A stretch of DNA of 64,000 bases from Alphaproteobacteria bacterium (GTDB lineage Bacteria; Pseudomonadota; Alphaproteobacteria; Rickettsiales; UBA3002): assembly GCA_033763655.1 (NCBI GenBank), contig JANRKD010000027.1, positions 4,707-68,706 of the forward strand. Reading direction: 5' to 3'. A model generated the notes under the pieces. It made no database searches. It saw only the letters and a list, made by a program, of their open reading frames with translations, and had not been told where the DNA came from. Shown here piece after piece: positions 24,523 through 34,605 of the stretch (positions are counted from its first letter, which is position 1; the number at the start of each line of letters is the position of its first letter). Position numbers and translations under genes: made by a program.

Positions 24523-26498
24523 ATTTTCATCGGCATGATAATCAGGTTCTGGCCTTTATTGTGCAGGCGTTTCTGCACCATGTAGGCGGTCTGGTTATGC
24601 AGCAGCGCCGTGACGAAGTTCTCTTTCTCGAAAATCAGCTTGGCGGCGAAAAAAACGGTATGCGGGAAATCCGCCGAGATGCGCTCGGTCAGGCGGCTGA
24701 CGGTTTCGATGACATCCGTGCCGTAATCATGGTAGTAGGTGGCAGGCAGGCCGCGCGCCGTACAGAAATCGACATAATTTTTGAGCATGGTTTTGGTGTC
24801 GCGGCGCAGGGAATGCCAGCGGGTTTCGTCGGAAAACTCCTCGGTATCGATCTCGCCGACGCTGGCAAAGACGAAGTTTTTGAACACGCCCGGAAACAGC
24901 CGCTGCACCCACAGGAAGGTGTGCATACCCGGCGCCGCCGAGCCGCCGACGAGGAAAACAGCGGTGGCCTGACGCGGATCCATTTTCGGTTTTTCTTCGG
25001 GCACGGGCTTGCCCGCATGACCGAACATCGCGCCGCCCAGCTCGGCTTCGATAATTTTCAATCGTTTGCTGACCGAGTCGTAATGGCGGCGAATGAGCAG
25101 GCCGATGACAATGACCATGCCGGTGACAATCACCGTTTTCCACGCGCCGGTGGTAAATTTTTCGACCAGCGTGACCATCAGGATGGTGGCGCAGACCATC
25201 AGCGCCAGCGCGACGATGAACAGCTTGTGCCAGATGCGGGGATTTCTCCGCTCGCGCCAGCGGTAGCGGGTGATGCCCGCCAACGACAGCGTGAAGGTGA
25301 GAAAGACGTTGATGGAATACATCACCACCAGCAGATGCACGACGCCGCCGGTGGCGATCAGCGCCCCCACCGCCGAAAGCCCCATCAGCATGACGCCGTT
25401 TTTGGTGACCAGCCGGTTGCTGAGCGAGGAGAACATATGCGGCATCCAGCGATCGACCGCCATCAGCGCCATCACGTTCGGCCCGGCGATGAAGCCGGTG
25501 TTGGCCGCGACAAACAGCAGGCCCGCCGCGAATATAAGGGCAATGCCCGTGAACTCCGCCGACACGTTAAGGCCGAAAATCTCCCAGTTGGCCGTCACCA
25601 TTTTGAAGGCGGTGGCGTTGAGCGTTTCGCCATCGACCTTCTGCACGCCCCATAACAGGTAGAGGGTGATGATACCCGCCGCGACGAGGGCAAGGGAAAA
25701 GGCGACCGCCCACATGGTGGCCTTGCCGGTTTTGACCTTCGGCTCGGCCAGGTTATTCATCGAGTTGCTGACGGCCTCGAGCCCGGTATAGGTGCCGCCG
25801 CCCAGCGAGAATGCCTTGAAAAACAGGGCCAGCACGGCAAACCAGCCAATATCACCCGCCAGCGACGTGGTTTCGGCGACGGCGTTGGGCATCAGAGAGG
25901 TCAGCCCTTCCACATGCGCAAAGATGCCATAGAGGATGAGCAGGGTGTGGGTGGCGACAAACCCGAGGAACACCGGCAGCAGGAAGCGGATGGATTCTTT
26001 CATCCCGCGCAGGTTCATATAGGTGAGGATGCCGGTGACCCCAATCGCCGTAATCAGTTTGCAGTCCTGCAGCCCGGCCGGCAGCATGGAAAACAGGGCA
26101 TCCACGCCGCTGGCAATCGAAATGGCGATGGTCAGCACATAGTCGATCAGCAGTGCACCGCCTGCCACCAGCCCGGTTTTGGGGCCAAGCAGGGTCGAGG
26201 CGACGCGGTAACCGCCGCCGCCGTTGGGGAACAGCTCGATCACCTGCGTGTAGGCGGCGGCAATCAGGAAGACGGTGAAGGCGGTGACAATCGCCAGGAA
26301 AATGGCCAGATGCGTGTGCCCGGCGAGGGCAAGGAAGGCTTCTTCCGGGCCGTAGTTGGCGGAAGATAAGCCGTCGGCGCCGATGCCGACCCAGGCAAAG
26401 AATGTAATCAGCGCCAGACGGTGGCGGGTGTCGGCGCGAAACGGGTCGAGCGGTTTGCCCATCAGGGCGTGCTTGATGGAAGCGGGGGTGATTGGCAT
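24519..26498 (-). CDS. APC-superfamily permease with a C-terminal cytoplasmic domain
   Basis: Start at MPITPASIKHALMGKPLDP. GADGLSSANYGPEEAF, FPNGGGGYRVA and about 12 TM segments are typical of APC transporters. The substrate is not inferable. Confidence 0.7.
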   Translation of the reverse strand: MPITPASIKHALMGKPLDPFRADTRHRLALITFFAWVGIGADGLSSANYGPEEAFLALAGHTHLAIFLAIVTAFTVFLIAAAYTQVIELFPNGGGGYRVASTLLGPKTGLVAGGALLIDYVLTIAISIASGVDALFSMLPAGLQDCKLITAIGVTGILTYMNLRGMKESIRFLLPVFLGFVATHTLLILYGIFAHVEGLTSLMPNAVAETTSLAGDIGWFAVLALFFKAFSLGGGTYTGLEAVSNSMNNLAEPKVKTGKATMWAVAFSLALVAAGIITLYLLWGVQKVDGETLNATAFKMVTANWEIFGLNVSAEFTGIALIFAAGLLFVAANTGFIAGPNVMALMAVDRWMPHMFSSLSNRLVTKNGVMLMGLSAVGALIATGGVVHLLVVMYSINVFLTFTLSLAGITRYRWRERRNPRIWHKLFIVALALMVCATILMVTLVEKFTTGAWKTVIVTGMVIVIGLLIRRHYDSVSKRLKIIEAELGGAMFGHAGKPVPEEKPKMDPRQATAVFLVGGSAAPGMHTFLWVQRLFPGVFKNFVFASVGEIDTEEFSDETRWHSLRRDTKTMLKNYVDFCTARGLPATYYHDYGTDVIETVSRLTERISADFPHTVFFAAKLIFEKENFVTALLHNQTAYMVQKRLHNKGQNLIIMPMKI

Positions 26499-26655
26499 AA
26501 GCAGCCTTTTTGTCAGAGGACGCGCCGTTTGGCAGTGTAAAACGACGCGCCTGCCGCGCTTTACGCCCGTTTTTTTGCGGTTGCAACATATTTGCCGCGT
26601 TTCAGGCCGCAATAATGCCGTTGCAGGGGGTCGCCGCAGGCGCTACTGCAACCGC

Positions 26656-28473
26656 ATGAACGCACCCACCGCCCATGTGCCCGCCCCCGTGCTTGAATGG
26701 CGCGACGGCATGCCTGTTTCCGCCGCGTTTGACGATGTGTATTTTTCGCGGGCGGGCGGGGTCGCCGAAACCGAGCATGTTTTCCTGCGCGGCAACGGCC
26801 TGCCCGAACGCTGGCAGGATAGGGCGGCATTCACTATTGGTGAGATGGGCTTTGGCACGGGACTGAATTTCCTCGTTGCCCTCAAACAGTTCCGGGCGAC
26901 GGCCTCCGCCGGTGCAGTATTGCATTACGTCGCCATCGAAAAATTTCCGCTGCCGCCCGATGCCTTACGCGCCGCGCTGGCGGCACAGCCTGGGCTTGAG
27001 CAAGAGGCGGCAGAACTCATCGCCGCCTACCCGCTGCGCTTGCCGGGGGTTCACCGGATTACCCTCGATGGGGTGCGGCTGACCCTGTGCTTTGGCGATG
27101 TCGCGGCGTTGCTGCCCGACATCCGCACGCCGATAGATGCCTGGTTCCTCGATGGGTTTTCGCCGGCCAGAAACCCCGAGATGTGGGCAGAAACGCTGTG
27201 GGCTGAGCTGGCGCGGCTCAGCGCGCCGGAAGCGACGTTGGCGACCTTCACCGCCGCCGGGCAGGTGCGGCGCGGGTTGCAGGCGGCGGGGTTTGTTATC
27301 GAAAAACAGCCGGGCTTCGGCCATAAGCGCGACATGCTGGTAGGGCGCTATACGGCGACGGATCAGGCGCTGCCGTCGCGCCTGACGCGCGCCGCAACCG
27401 CCATCGTCATCGGCGCGGGCATCGCCGGGGCGACGGTGGCACGGGCGCTGGCCGAGCGGGGCTATGCGGTGATGGTGCTGGAGCGCGGGGTGGTCGCAGG
27501 GGGTGCCTCGGGCAATGCGGCAGGCGTGCTGTTCCCGCAACTGACCAAACGCTGGAATACGTCGAGCGCCTGGTATTTCACCGCCTATGGCTATGCGCTC
27601 AGGCAATTGCGGCGCTGGCAGGCCGAGGGGTTGCGGTTTGAGCTTGCGACCACTGGCATGCTGCGCCTGCCGCGCCATGCCGATGAAGATGCGCAGTTGC
27701 GTGCGTTACACGAAACCCATGGGTTCGACCCCGCCATTGTTCATTGGCTCGATCGCGATGACGCGCGCGCGCAGGCCGGGGTAGCACTACCGACGGGCGC
27801 CGCGTTTTTCCCCGAGGGGAGCTGGGTCAATCCATCGCAATTATGCGCCAGCTTGCTTGCCCACCCGAAGATTACGCTGCGCGAACACGCCTCCGTGACG
27901 AAGTTTGCCCGCACGGGGCAGCAATGGGGCGTGACGCTGGCGGATGGCGAAGTAATTCCGGCGGATCTCTGCTGCATCGCAGCGGCGGGGGAAAGCGCAC
28001 AATGGTTGGCGAATGAAGGAATTACCCTTGGTGCGGTCGGCGGGCAGGTCAGCGTTTTTGCTGCGGGCAATGCTGCATCTTCGCTGCGCAGCATTGTATG
28101 CCATCGCGGGTATGTTATTCCGACAGCGCAGGGCCTGCTGGTTGGGGCCACTTACCACCGCGACGATATGCTGGCGGTAACGCCTGCACGCCATGACGAA
28201 AACCGGGAAGCGCTTCTTGCCATTCTGCCGCAATGGCACACGGGCGACGCCATCGCGGGGCGCAGCAGTATCCGCGCGACCACGCCGGATCGCCTGCCAT
28301 ATATCGGGGCGTTGGCGCACGGGCTGTATGTCACGACGGGGCATGGCTCACGCGGGTTGCTCTCGGCGCCGCTGGCGGCGGAGATTATTGCCAGCGACCT
28401 GACGGGCGAAACGCCGCCGGTGACGCAGGCATTGCTTAAGGCCGTTCATCCGCTGCGTTTCAGGAAAGGCTGA
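26656..28473 (+). CDS. mnmC: Bifunctional tRNA (mnm5s2U34) methyltransferase / FAD-dependent cmnm5s2U34 oxidoreductase
   Basis: Start at MNAPTAHVP. The N-terminal domain carries LEWRDGMPVSAAFDDVYFS...GEMGFGTGLNF...DAWFLDGFSPARNPEMW. The C-terminal DAO domain carries IVIGAGIAGATVARALAERG. Confidence 0.85.
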   Translation: MNAPTAHVPAPVLEWRDGMPVSAAFDDVYFSRAGGVAETEHVFLRGNGLPERWQDRAAFTIGEMGFGTGLNFLVALKQFRATASAGAVLHYVAIEKFPLPPDALRAALAAQPGLEQEAAELIAAYPLRLPGVHRITLDGVRLTLCFGDVAALLPDIRTPIDAWFLDGFSPARNPEMWAETLWAELARLSAPEATLATFTAAGQVRRGLQAAGFVIEKQPGFGHKRDMLVGRYTATDQALPSRLTRAATAIVIGAGIAGATVARALAERGYAVMVLERGVVAGGASGNAAGVLFPQLTKRWNTSSAWYFTAYGYALRQLRRWQAEGLRFELATTGMLRLPRHADEDAQLRALHETHGFDPAIVHWLDRDDARAQAGVALPTGAAFFPEGSWVNPSQLCASLLAHPKITLREHASVTKFARTGQQWGVTLADGEVIPADLCCIAAAGESAQWLANEGITLGAVGGQVSVFAAGNAASSLRSIVCHRGYVIPTAQGLLVGATYHRDDMLAVTPARHDENREALLAILPQWHTGDAIAGRSSIRATTPDRLPYIGALAHGLYVTTGHGSRGLLSAPLAAEIIASDLTGETPPVTQALLKAVHPLRFRKG

Positions 28474-29230
28474 GTAGCCGCACATCCTCGAAGCCCTCGC
28501 GCTGGAAAATATCGCGGTAGCGCGCGATGTCGGCCCCGGCAGTGACATAGGCGACGGAGGTTGGCGGCATGGCATCGGCCAGCGCCAGCGCGCGCCGCGC
28601 AATCGCCGCGCCCGAATCAATCCAGTGGACGGGCCAGGGGGCAACGCGCTGCAGGGCCTGCGCAATCAGCGGGTAATGGGTGCATCCGAGCACGATGCAA
28701 TCGGTTTTGCCGCGCGCGTCGTCATGAAAGGCGGGGGACAGTTCGGCGCGCAGGGCGTCGTCGGTGACAGCCTCGCCCAGCAGCAGTGCCTCGGCCATGG
28801 CGGCGAGGTTGGGCGCACCGTAGCGATCGACCACGCAATCGGCGGCGAACTGCGTGACCAGCCCGTGGCTGTAGGCGCTGCCGGCGGTGTTGGGTGTGGC
28901 CAGCAGCGTGAAGCGGCGGCTGACGGAATGCTGCGCGGCGGTTTTAACTGCCGGAACCGTGCCGACGAACGGCAGGGCAAAGGCCGTGCGCAGCGGATCA
29001 AGGCACAGGGTGGACAGGGTGTTGCAGGCCAGCACCACCGGCGCCGCCGGGGGCAGGGTGCCAAGCGCCTTAACCAGCGCGTGGGCGCGGGCGTTGATGT
29101 CGGCGGTGCTGCGGCTGCCATAGGGGAAACCGGCCGTGTCGGCGACGTAGGTGAGGGGCCGCGCGGGCGCGAGGGCGCGTAACGCCCGCACGACGGAAAG
29201 CCCGCCCAGACCCGAATCCAGTACAATCAC
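28460..29230 (-). CDS. murI: Glutamate racemase
   Basis: MIVLDSGLGGLSV, the VLACNT and LGCTHYP catalytic Cys motifs. Confidence 0.9.
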   Translation of the reverse strand: MIVLDSGLGGLSVVRALRALAPARPLTYVADTAGFPYGSRSTADINARAHALVKALGTLPPAAPVVLACNTLSTLCLDPLRTAFALPFVGTVPAVKTAAQHSVSRRFTLLATPNTAGSAYSHGLVTQFAADCVVDRYGAPNLAAMAEALLLGEAVTDDALRAELSPAFHDDARGKTDCIVLGCTHYPLIAQALQRVAPWPVHWIDSGAAIARRALALADAMPPTSVAYVTAGADIARYRDIFQREGFEDVRLLSLS

Positions 29231-29362
29231 CGCGCCCCCCCTGGCGTTTGCCTAAAATGTGAACGACATTTGTCTCATATACGGCATGTCTGCAACTTGC
29301 TATTCCCGTAAATTTTGCGCATACTAGCGCTTACCGGTGAAGCAGCAACAAAGGAATGTAGC

Positions 29363-30418
29363 GTGGCAGAACAGAGCGCGTTTTTTTCGGTATGGGCGCA
29401 GGATGTCAACTACTGGCTGGTGGTAGAAGGGCCGGGGGCGACGCGGCTGGAGGGATTTTCCGCCCCGTATCACAAAAATAATCTGGCGGCGCGCAAAGCC
29501 GGCGCTCACTGGGCCGAGGCCTGGGCGGCGCTTGAAACGCAGCTTGCTGCGCAGCCGGGTGCGACCACCGGCTACCGCGCGGCGGTCATGCCGGGCGAGG
29601 CCTTGCCCGAATTAGCGGAAGTGACGATGGCGCTGCGGCCACTGGTGGAAATCCATGCGGTGGCGGCGAATCTCTGGCTGGTCGAGGCGGTGCATCACGG
29701 GCGGCTCGATTGTTACATGCAGCGTGTGCTTGATCGGCGCGGCAAACAGGTCGGGTTTGAGGCGTTCGCCCGTGTTGAGGGGCCCGACGGCGGCGTTATC
29801 GGCGGCGGTGCCATCATGCGTGCCGCCCATGCGCTGCGGATGGAATACCAGCTCGACCGCCTGCTGCATAAACAGGCGATTGAAAGCTTCGTCGCCAGCG
29901 ATCTGGAAGGCTATATTTTCATTAATTTCCTGACCGGCTTCATCCACCGTCCGGAAGTCTATCTCGACGGGCTGAGCCAGGCTGTCAGCCGCACGCATGT
30001 GCGCCCGGCCTCGGTGGTGCTCGATGTGCCGCTGGGCGATTATGCCCGGGATATGGCGAAACTGAAATCCATTGCCCAGTTCTGCCACGCGCGGGGCTTT
30101 GCGCTCGCGCTTGACGATGTCAGCACCAGCGAGGGGCTGGGCGCCCTGCTGAGCGAAATCCGCCCGGCGTTTGTCAAGCTCGACGGCGCGTTTGGCGTGG
30201 ATATCGCCCCGGCGCGCGCGCAGGGCATCCTCAGCGACATCGTGCGCGTCAGCCATGCGCACGGGGTGAGTGTGCTGGCCGAAGGGGTCGAAACCACCGC
30301 GCAGCATGAAGCCTACATGGCGGCGGATGTTGATATGTTCCAGGGCTATTTCTTCGGCGCGCCCGAGCGCCTGCCCCGCCCCTTGCTCGACACGGCCCGG
30401 GTTGCCACCTCGAATTAG
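29363..30418 (+). CDS. EAL-domain protein (c-di-GMP phosphodiesterase-like, atypical motifs) with an unrecognised N-terminal domain
   Basis: The C-terminal half has GFEAFARVEG (EAL motif as EAF), LALDDVSTSEG, VKLDGAF, LAEGVETTAQ and FQGYFFGAP. A GTG start at 29363 with an AAAGGA RBS is preferred over the TTG at 29315. Confidence 0.7.
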   Translation: MAEQSAFFSVWAQDVNYWLVVEGPGATRLEGFSAPYHKNNLAARKAGAHWAEAWAALETQLAAQPGATTGYRAAVMPGEALPELAEVTMALRPLVEIHAVAANLWLVEAVHHGRLDCYMQRVLDRRGKQVGFEAFARVEGPDGGVIGGGAIMRAAHALRMEYQLDRLLHKQAIESFVASDLEGYIFINFLTGFIHRPEVYLDGLSQAVSRTHVRPASVVLDVPLGDYARDMAKLKSIAQFCHARGFALALDDVSTSEGLGALLSEIRPAFVKLDGAFGVDIAPARAQGILSDIVRVSHAHGVSVLAEGVETTAQHEAYMAADVDMFQGYFFGAPERLPRPLLDTARVATSN

Positions 30419-30575
30419 GCGCGGCCACCGCGGCGCTCCCACTGTGACACTTGCGTCGCGTTTTAATAAAATATGGCGATAATTCACGCAATTATCGTAC
30501 TTATGCTCGCGATTTTCCGTCGCCTCGCTCTAAATTTTATGCTACACCAGAAACGTACTTTTTACATCGGAGTTT

Positions 30576-31532
30576 ATGCCGCAACGTTCCCTCATCGTGT
30601 TGGCCCTTGGTATTGTGATCGCCCTGGGCACGGCGCTGTCGCTTAAAAGCCGCATGGGCCATGCGCCCAAGGCCGAGCTGTCGCAGGTACTGGTGGCGGC
30701 GACGGATATTGCGGCGGGCCAGTTCGTGCGTAGCGACGCGCAACTGGTGATGGCCGACTGGCCGAAAAATAACATCACCGGCGCGATGCTGACCAACCTC
30801 ACCAGCAAAGCGGCGGATTTCAACGGCGCGGTGGCCCGCCGCGCGTTCGTCCGGGGTGAGCCGATTCTGAAAAACCAGCTGGTGCGCAGCAATGAAGGCG
30901 GCTTCATGTCGGCGGTGCTCGACCCGGGCAAGCGCGCCGTGTCGATCGCAGTGGATTCGACCAGCGGCAATGCGGGCTTCATTTTCCCCGGCGACCGGGT
31001 GGATTTAATCCTCACCCATGCGGTGTCGCGCCAGTCGGTGCAGACCCGCGCCAGCGAAACCTTCGTTGAAAATGTGCGGGTGCTGGCGGTGGATCAGCGG
31101 CTCGACAACCCGGAAAATAAGGCGGTACTCGCCAAAACGGTGACGCTCGAAGTGACCCCTAAACAGGCGGAGGAAATTAACCTCGCCAAGGATTTGGGCA
31201 AAATCTCGCTGTCGCTGCGCAGCCTCGCTACAGGGAATAAAACGGCAGCAACGGTGCCGGTAACGGCGGTCGGAGATACCGGCGACATTACCGCCAACGA
31301 GCCGGAAAGCCTCGACGACATCCTGCGTCCGAATGAGGCGACGACCCCGGCGGCGGAGGTGGCGGAGATCGACCCTTACGCCCCCGCCCCGAACGTGACC
31401 CGCGACACCGAGGTCAGCAAGCTGATTTCACCCGAGGATGCGGCCGGCAGTCAGGTGACGCTGATTCGCGGCAGCGAGCGCACCCAGGTTCAATTTGGCC
31501 CCACAACGCAAGAGCAACGCCGTGAACCCTAA
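30576..31532 (+). CDS. cpaB: Flp pilus assembly protein CpaB/RcpC
   Basis: N-terminal TM helix, then a SAF-like segment VLVAATDIAAGQFV and the RcpC region. First gene of the Tad cluster. Confidence 0.8.
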   Translation: MPQRSLIVLALGIVIALGTALSLKSRMGHAPKAELSQVLVAATDIAAGQFVRSDAQLVMADWPKNNITGAMLTNLTSKAADFNGAVARRAFVRGEPILKNQLVRSNEGGFMSAVLDPGKRAVSIAVDSTSGNAGFIFPGDRVDLILTHAVSRQSVQTRASETFVENVRVLAVDQRLDNPENKAVLAKTVTLEVTPKQAEEINLAKDLGKISLSLRSLATGNKTAATVPVTAVGDTGDITANEPESLDDILRPNEATTPAAEVAEIDPYAPAPNVTRDTEVSKLISPEDAAGSQVTLIRGSERTQVQFGPTTQEQRREP

Positions 31533-33000
31533 ACGCAGACAGACACCATGGAGAATCGCCCTGCTGGTGGCGGCGGGCCTGCTGGCGGGCGGCCCGGCGA
31601 CGACCCGGGCGGCGGGCGGCGATGATTTCTACAGCGCGCTGGGCGGTGCGATTCAGGTCGAAATCAACAAAGGCACGCCGGTGCATCTGTCGGCGGCGGC
31701 GACGTCGGTGGCGATTGCCGACCCGGCGATTGCCGACGTGCAGGTGATTTCGCCGCGCCTGCTGATGGTGGCGGGCCGTGGTGTCGGCGAGACCAGCATT
31801 CTCGCAGTCGATGCGCGCGATAACGTGATTTTACAGGGTACGGTGAATGTCACCCATAACCTCAGCCGCCTGACCCGCGCGCTGAACGAAATGAACCCCG
31901 CCGCCAAAATCAGCGCCACCTCGGCGGATAATGCGATTGTGCTCAAAGGCAAGGTGGATTCGCCGGTATTGTCGGAAAAATTGCAGCGGCTGGCCAGTGG
32001 GTTCCTGTCGGGCGACAAACAGCAGGTCATCAACATGCTCGACACCAGCGCGGGCGATCAGGTGATGCTGAAAGTGCGTGTGGTCGAGCTGCGCCGCTCG
32101 GAACTCAAGCGCTTCGGCATCAACTGGGAAAGCGTCATTAACAGCGGTAATTTTGTGTTCGGGCTGGCGCAGGGGCGTGATTTTATCGGCAACACGCTGA
32201 ATGCGGCGGGCAGCCTCAACACGTTCGACCGTTCGTCGGGCGGCGAAAATGGCATCCTCGCCGGATTTAACGACGGGCGCACCAGCCTCAACACCATGAT
32301 CGACGCGCTCGAAACCGACGGCCTCATCAGCGTGCTGGCCGAGCCGAACCTGACGACGCGCTCCGGCCAGCAGGCGAGCTTCCTTGCCGGCGGTGAAATC
32401 CCGATTCCGGTGCAGGGCGAAAACAATGCGGTGACCATCCAGTACCGCCAGTTCGGCGTCAGCCTGCAATTTACGCCGATCGTGCTGAGCAAGGACAAAA
32501 TCAGCCTGACGGTGCTGCCGGAAGTGAGCGCGCTGTCGGAGGATAACCGGGTGACGACGACGAGTGGCGTCTCGGTGCCGTCCATCACCACCCGCCGCGC
32601 CTCGACCACGGTCGATCTCGGCTCGGGGCAGACCTTCGCCGTCGCCGGGCTGCTGCGCAGCGACAACGCCAACAGTGTTTCGAAATTCCCGTTCCTCGGC
32701 GATTTGCCGGTGCTCGGCGCGCTGTTTCGCTCCAGCTCTTTCCGCAACGACCAGACCGAGCTGGTCATCCTCGTCACGCCGTATATTGTGAAGCCGGTCG
32801 ATGACCCGAGCAAGCTGCTGACGCCGCTGGATGGGCTTAACCCCGCCAACGATTTCGAGCGGATTGTGCTGGGCCGTCTGACGAGCGAAAGCCCGATGCT
32901 CCCCGATTCCGCGAAACCCGAAGCGGCAGTACCCGGGCAGAGCTCGCCCGATGCGGCGTTCGCCGGGGTGGGTGGCCATGCCGGATTCCTGTTGCGTTAG
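31522..33000 (+). CDS. cpaC: Tad pilus secretin CpaC/RcpA
   Basis: Secretin C-terminal motifs are present: LAEPNLTTRSGQQASFLAGGEIPIP and FLGDLPVLGALFRSSSFRNDQTELVILVTPYIV. The ORF is open from the TTG at 31495. A GTG at 31522 that overlaps the cpaB stop is preferred. Confidence 0.85.
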   Translation: MNPKRRQTPWRIALLVAAGLLAGGPATTRAAGGDDFYSALGGAIQVEINKGTPVHLSAAATSVAIADPAIADVQVISPRLLMVAGRGVGETSILAVDARDNVILQGTVNVTHNLSRLTRALNEMNPAAKISATSADNAIVLKGKVDSPVLSEKLQRLASGFLSGDKQQVINMLDTSAGDQVMLKVRVVELRRSELKRFGINWESVINSGNFVFGLAQGRDFIGNTLNAAGSLNTFDRSSGGENGILAGFNDGRTSLNTMIDALETDGLISVLAEPNLTTRSGQQASFLAGGEIPIPVQGENNAVTIQYRQFGVSLQFTPIVLSKDKISLTVLPEVSALSEDNRVTTTSGVSVPSITTRRASTTVDLGSGQTFAVAGLLRSDNANSVSKFPFLGDLPVLGALFRSSSFRNDQTELVILVTPYIVKPVDDPSKLLTPLDGLNPANDFERIVLGRLTSESPMLPDSAKPEAAVPGQSSPDAAFAGVGGHAGFLLR

Positions 33001-33006
33001 GGGGAG

Positions 33007-33375
33007 ATGATGCTGCGATTAGGAATAATGCTGATGCTGATGACAACGCTGGCGGCGTGCGACAATTACACGCCGCGTCCGAAGGTGGCCAGCTACGACC
33101 CGGCGACGAAAACGCTGACTCTGCCGCACCCCTGCCCGGACTGGAGCCAGTCGCAAACCCATAATTACCTGAACGAAAACCACAGCAATTACGGCTGCGC
33201 GGTCAACACCAACAGCGCCCTGCAGGTGGCCGACCCGAACGATCTGGTGATGGGCCATGGCGACAACCACCCCGATACCGGCATCACCACCAAAGTGATT
33301 GAGGATTACCGCGCGGGCAAACTCCCCGTCGCCCTGACCCCGAACCAGACCGCCACCGGCGAAGCGACGCAATGA
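33007..33375 (+). CDS. cpaD: CpaD-like pilus assembly lipoprotein
   Basis: Lipobox LAAC, plus NYGCAVNTNSALQVADPNDLVMG, which resembles the CpaD signature. The position between cpaC and cpaE fits. Confidence 0.6.
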   Translation: MMLRLGIMLMLMTTLAACDNYTPRPKVASYDPATKTLTLPHPCPDWSQSQTHNYLNENHSNYGCAVNTNSALQVADPNDLVMGHGDNHPDTGITTKVIEDYRAGKLPVALTPNQTATGEATQ

Positions 33376-34604
33376 TGAAACATCCGGCATCGGGAACGCT
33401 GGGGCATACCCAATTCATGGTTTTTGCCAACGCGGCCAGCGGCGATGCGGCGCGCGCGACGAGCAAAGAACTTGGGTTTACCCATACGCATATGGCCGAA
33501 GGCACGGTGGACGAGGCGGTGGCCTATCTGTCCCAGCACCCTTCGCCGGAAATCCTGCTGGTGGAAATTGGCGACGCCGAAGCGGCCCCCGCCCAGCTCG
33601 ACGCGCTGGCGGACGTGGTCAATCTGCACACCAAAGTGCTGGTGACGGGCACGGTCGATAGTATCCGCTTCTATCACTGGCTGAGCGATCTGGGGATTGA
33701 CGGCTATTTATTGCAGCCCTTCACCGCCACCGAATTAAAACATGCGATTGCCAAAGGCAGTATCAAAAAGGCGGAAGCGCTCGAAGAAAAAGCCGGTGAG
33801 GCGAAGAAGGTGATTGCGGTTATCGGCGCGCGCGGCGGGGTTGGCACCACCCTGATGGCGAGTAACCTGGCGGCGCTTTTCGCCCGCAACCACCACCAGC
33901 CCACCGCGCTGGTGGACCTCGATCCCTATTTCGGCTGCGCGGCGCTTTCGCTCGACCTTGAGCCGGGGCGAGGCCTGCGCGATGCGCTCGAAAAACCCGA
34001 CCGCGTCGACGCGCTGTTTCTGGAGCGCGTCATGGTCAAGCCGTTTGCCAATCTCGGGGTGTTAAGCGCGGAAGAACCGCTGATGGATGTGATTAAAGCG
34101 CAGGACAATGCGGGCGAGATGATTTTTGCCGCGCTGCGCGAAAAATTCTCCATCATGGTGGTGGATCTGCCGCGCCAGATGAACCCGCTCACCCGGCAGG
34201 TGCTGGCGATGGCCGACCATGTGATTATCGTCGCCGAGCCGCAGATTACCTCGCTGCGCGACACGCTGCGCCTTAAGGATTACCTGGTCGATACCCTGAA
34301 GCGGCCGGTGCCGCAGGTGATTTTAAACCGCGTCGGCCTGAGTGCGGCCAATGAATTATCGGCCAAGGAATTCGCTAAAAATTATGGCCACGCGCCGGTC
34401 GCGCAGTTTGCTTTCCTGCATGAGGTGGTGGCGCAGACGGCGCAGGGTGAATTGCTCGACACGCTGCCCAAGCTCAACGTGCTGATGAACCCGCTGCGCG
34501 CGCTGGCCCGCACACTGCTTGGCACCCTCGAGGAGAAAGACGCCCCGCCACCGCAAAAAGCCACCGCTGGTGCGTTGCTGGCACGCCTGAAGGGCGGCAA
34601 ATAG
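33372..34604 (+). CDS. cpaE: Pilus assembly ATPase CpaE/TadZ (receiver-like N-terminal domain plus ParA/MinD-type ATPase)
   Basis: Deviant Walker A region in VIAVIGARGGVGTTLMASNLA. ATGA overlap with cpaD. Confidence 0.85.
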   Translation: MMKHPASGTLGHTQFMVFANAASGDAARATSKELGFTHTHMAEGTVDEAVAYLSQHPSPEILLVEIGDAEAAPAQLDALADVVNLHTKVLVTGTVDSIRFYHWLSDLGIDGYLLQPFTATELKHAIAKGSIKKAEALEEKAGEAKKVIAVIGARGGVGTTLMASNLAALFARNHHQPTALVDLDPYFGCAALSLDLEPGRGLRDALEKPDRVDALFLERVMVKPFANLGVLSAEEPLMDVIKAQDNAGEMIFAALREKFSIMVVDLPRQMNPLTRQVLAMADHVIIVAEPQITSLRDTLRLKDYLVDTLKRPVPQVILNRVGLSAANELSAKEFAKNYGHAPVAQFAFLHEVVAQTAQGELLDTLPKLNVLMNPLRALARTLLGTLEEKDAPPPQKATAGALLARLKGGK

Positions 34605-34605
34605 G

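Noticed and set aside
28460-28473. 14-nt convergent overlap of the mnmC and murI 3' ends. Similar short convergent overlaps occur at 24519-24522 and 49712-49728.
   Set aside because: Short convergent overlaps are common in compact GC-rich genomes and imply nothing unusual.
30473-30650. Small ORF (MAIIHAIIVLMLAIFRRL...) upstream of and overlapping cpaB, as a possible Flp pilin.
   Set aside because: It lacks the Flp leader/mature junction motif and overlaps cpaB out of frame. It was judged spurious.
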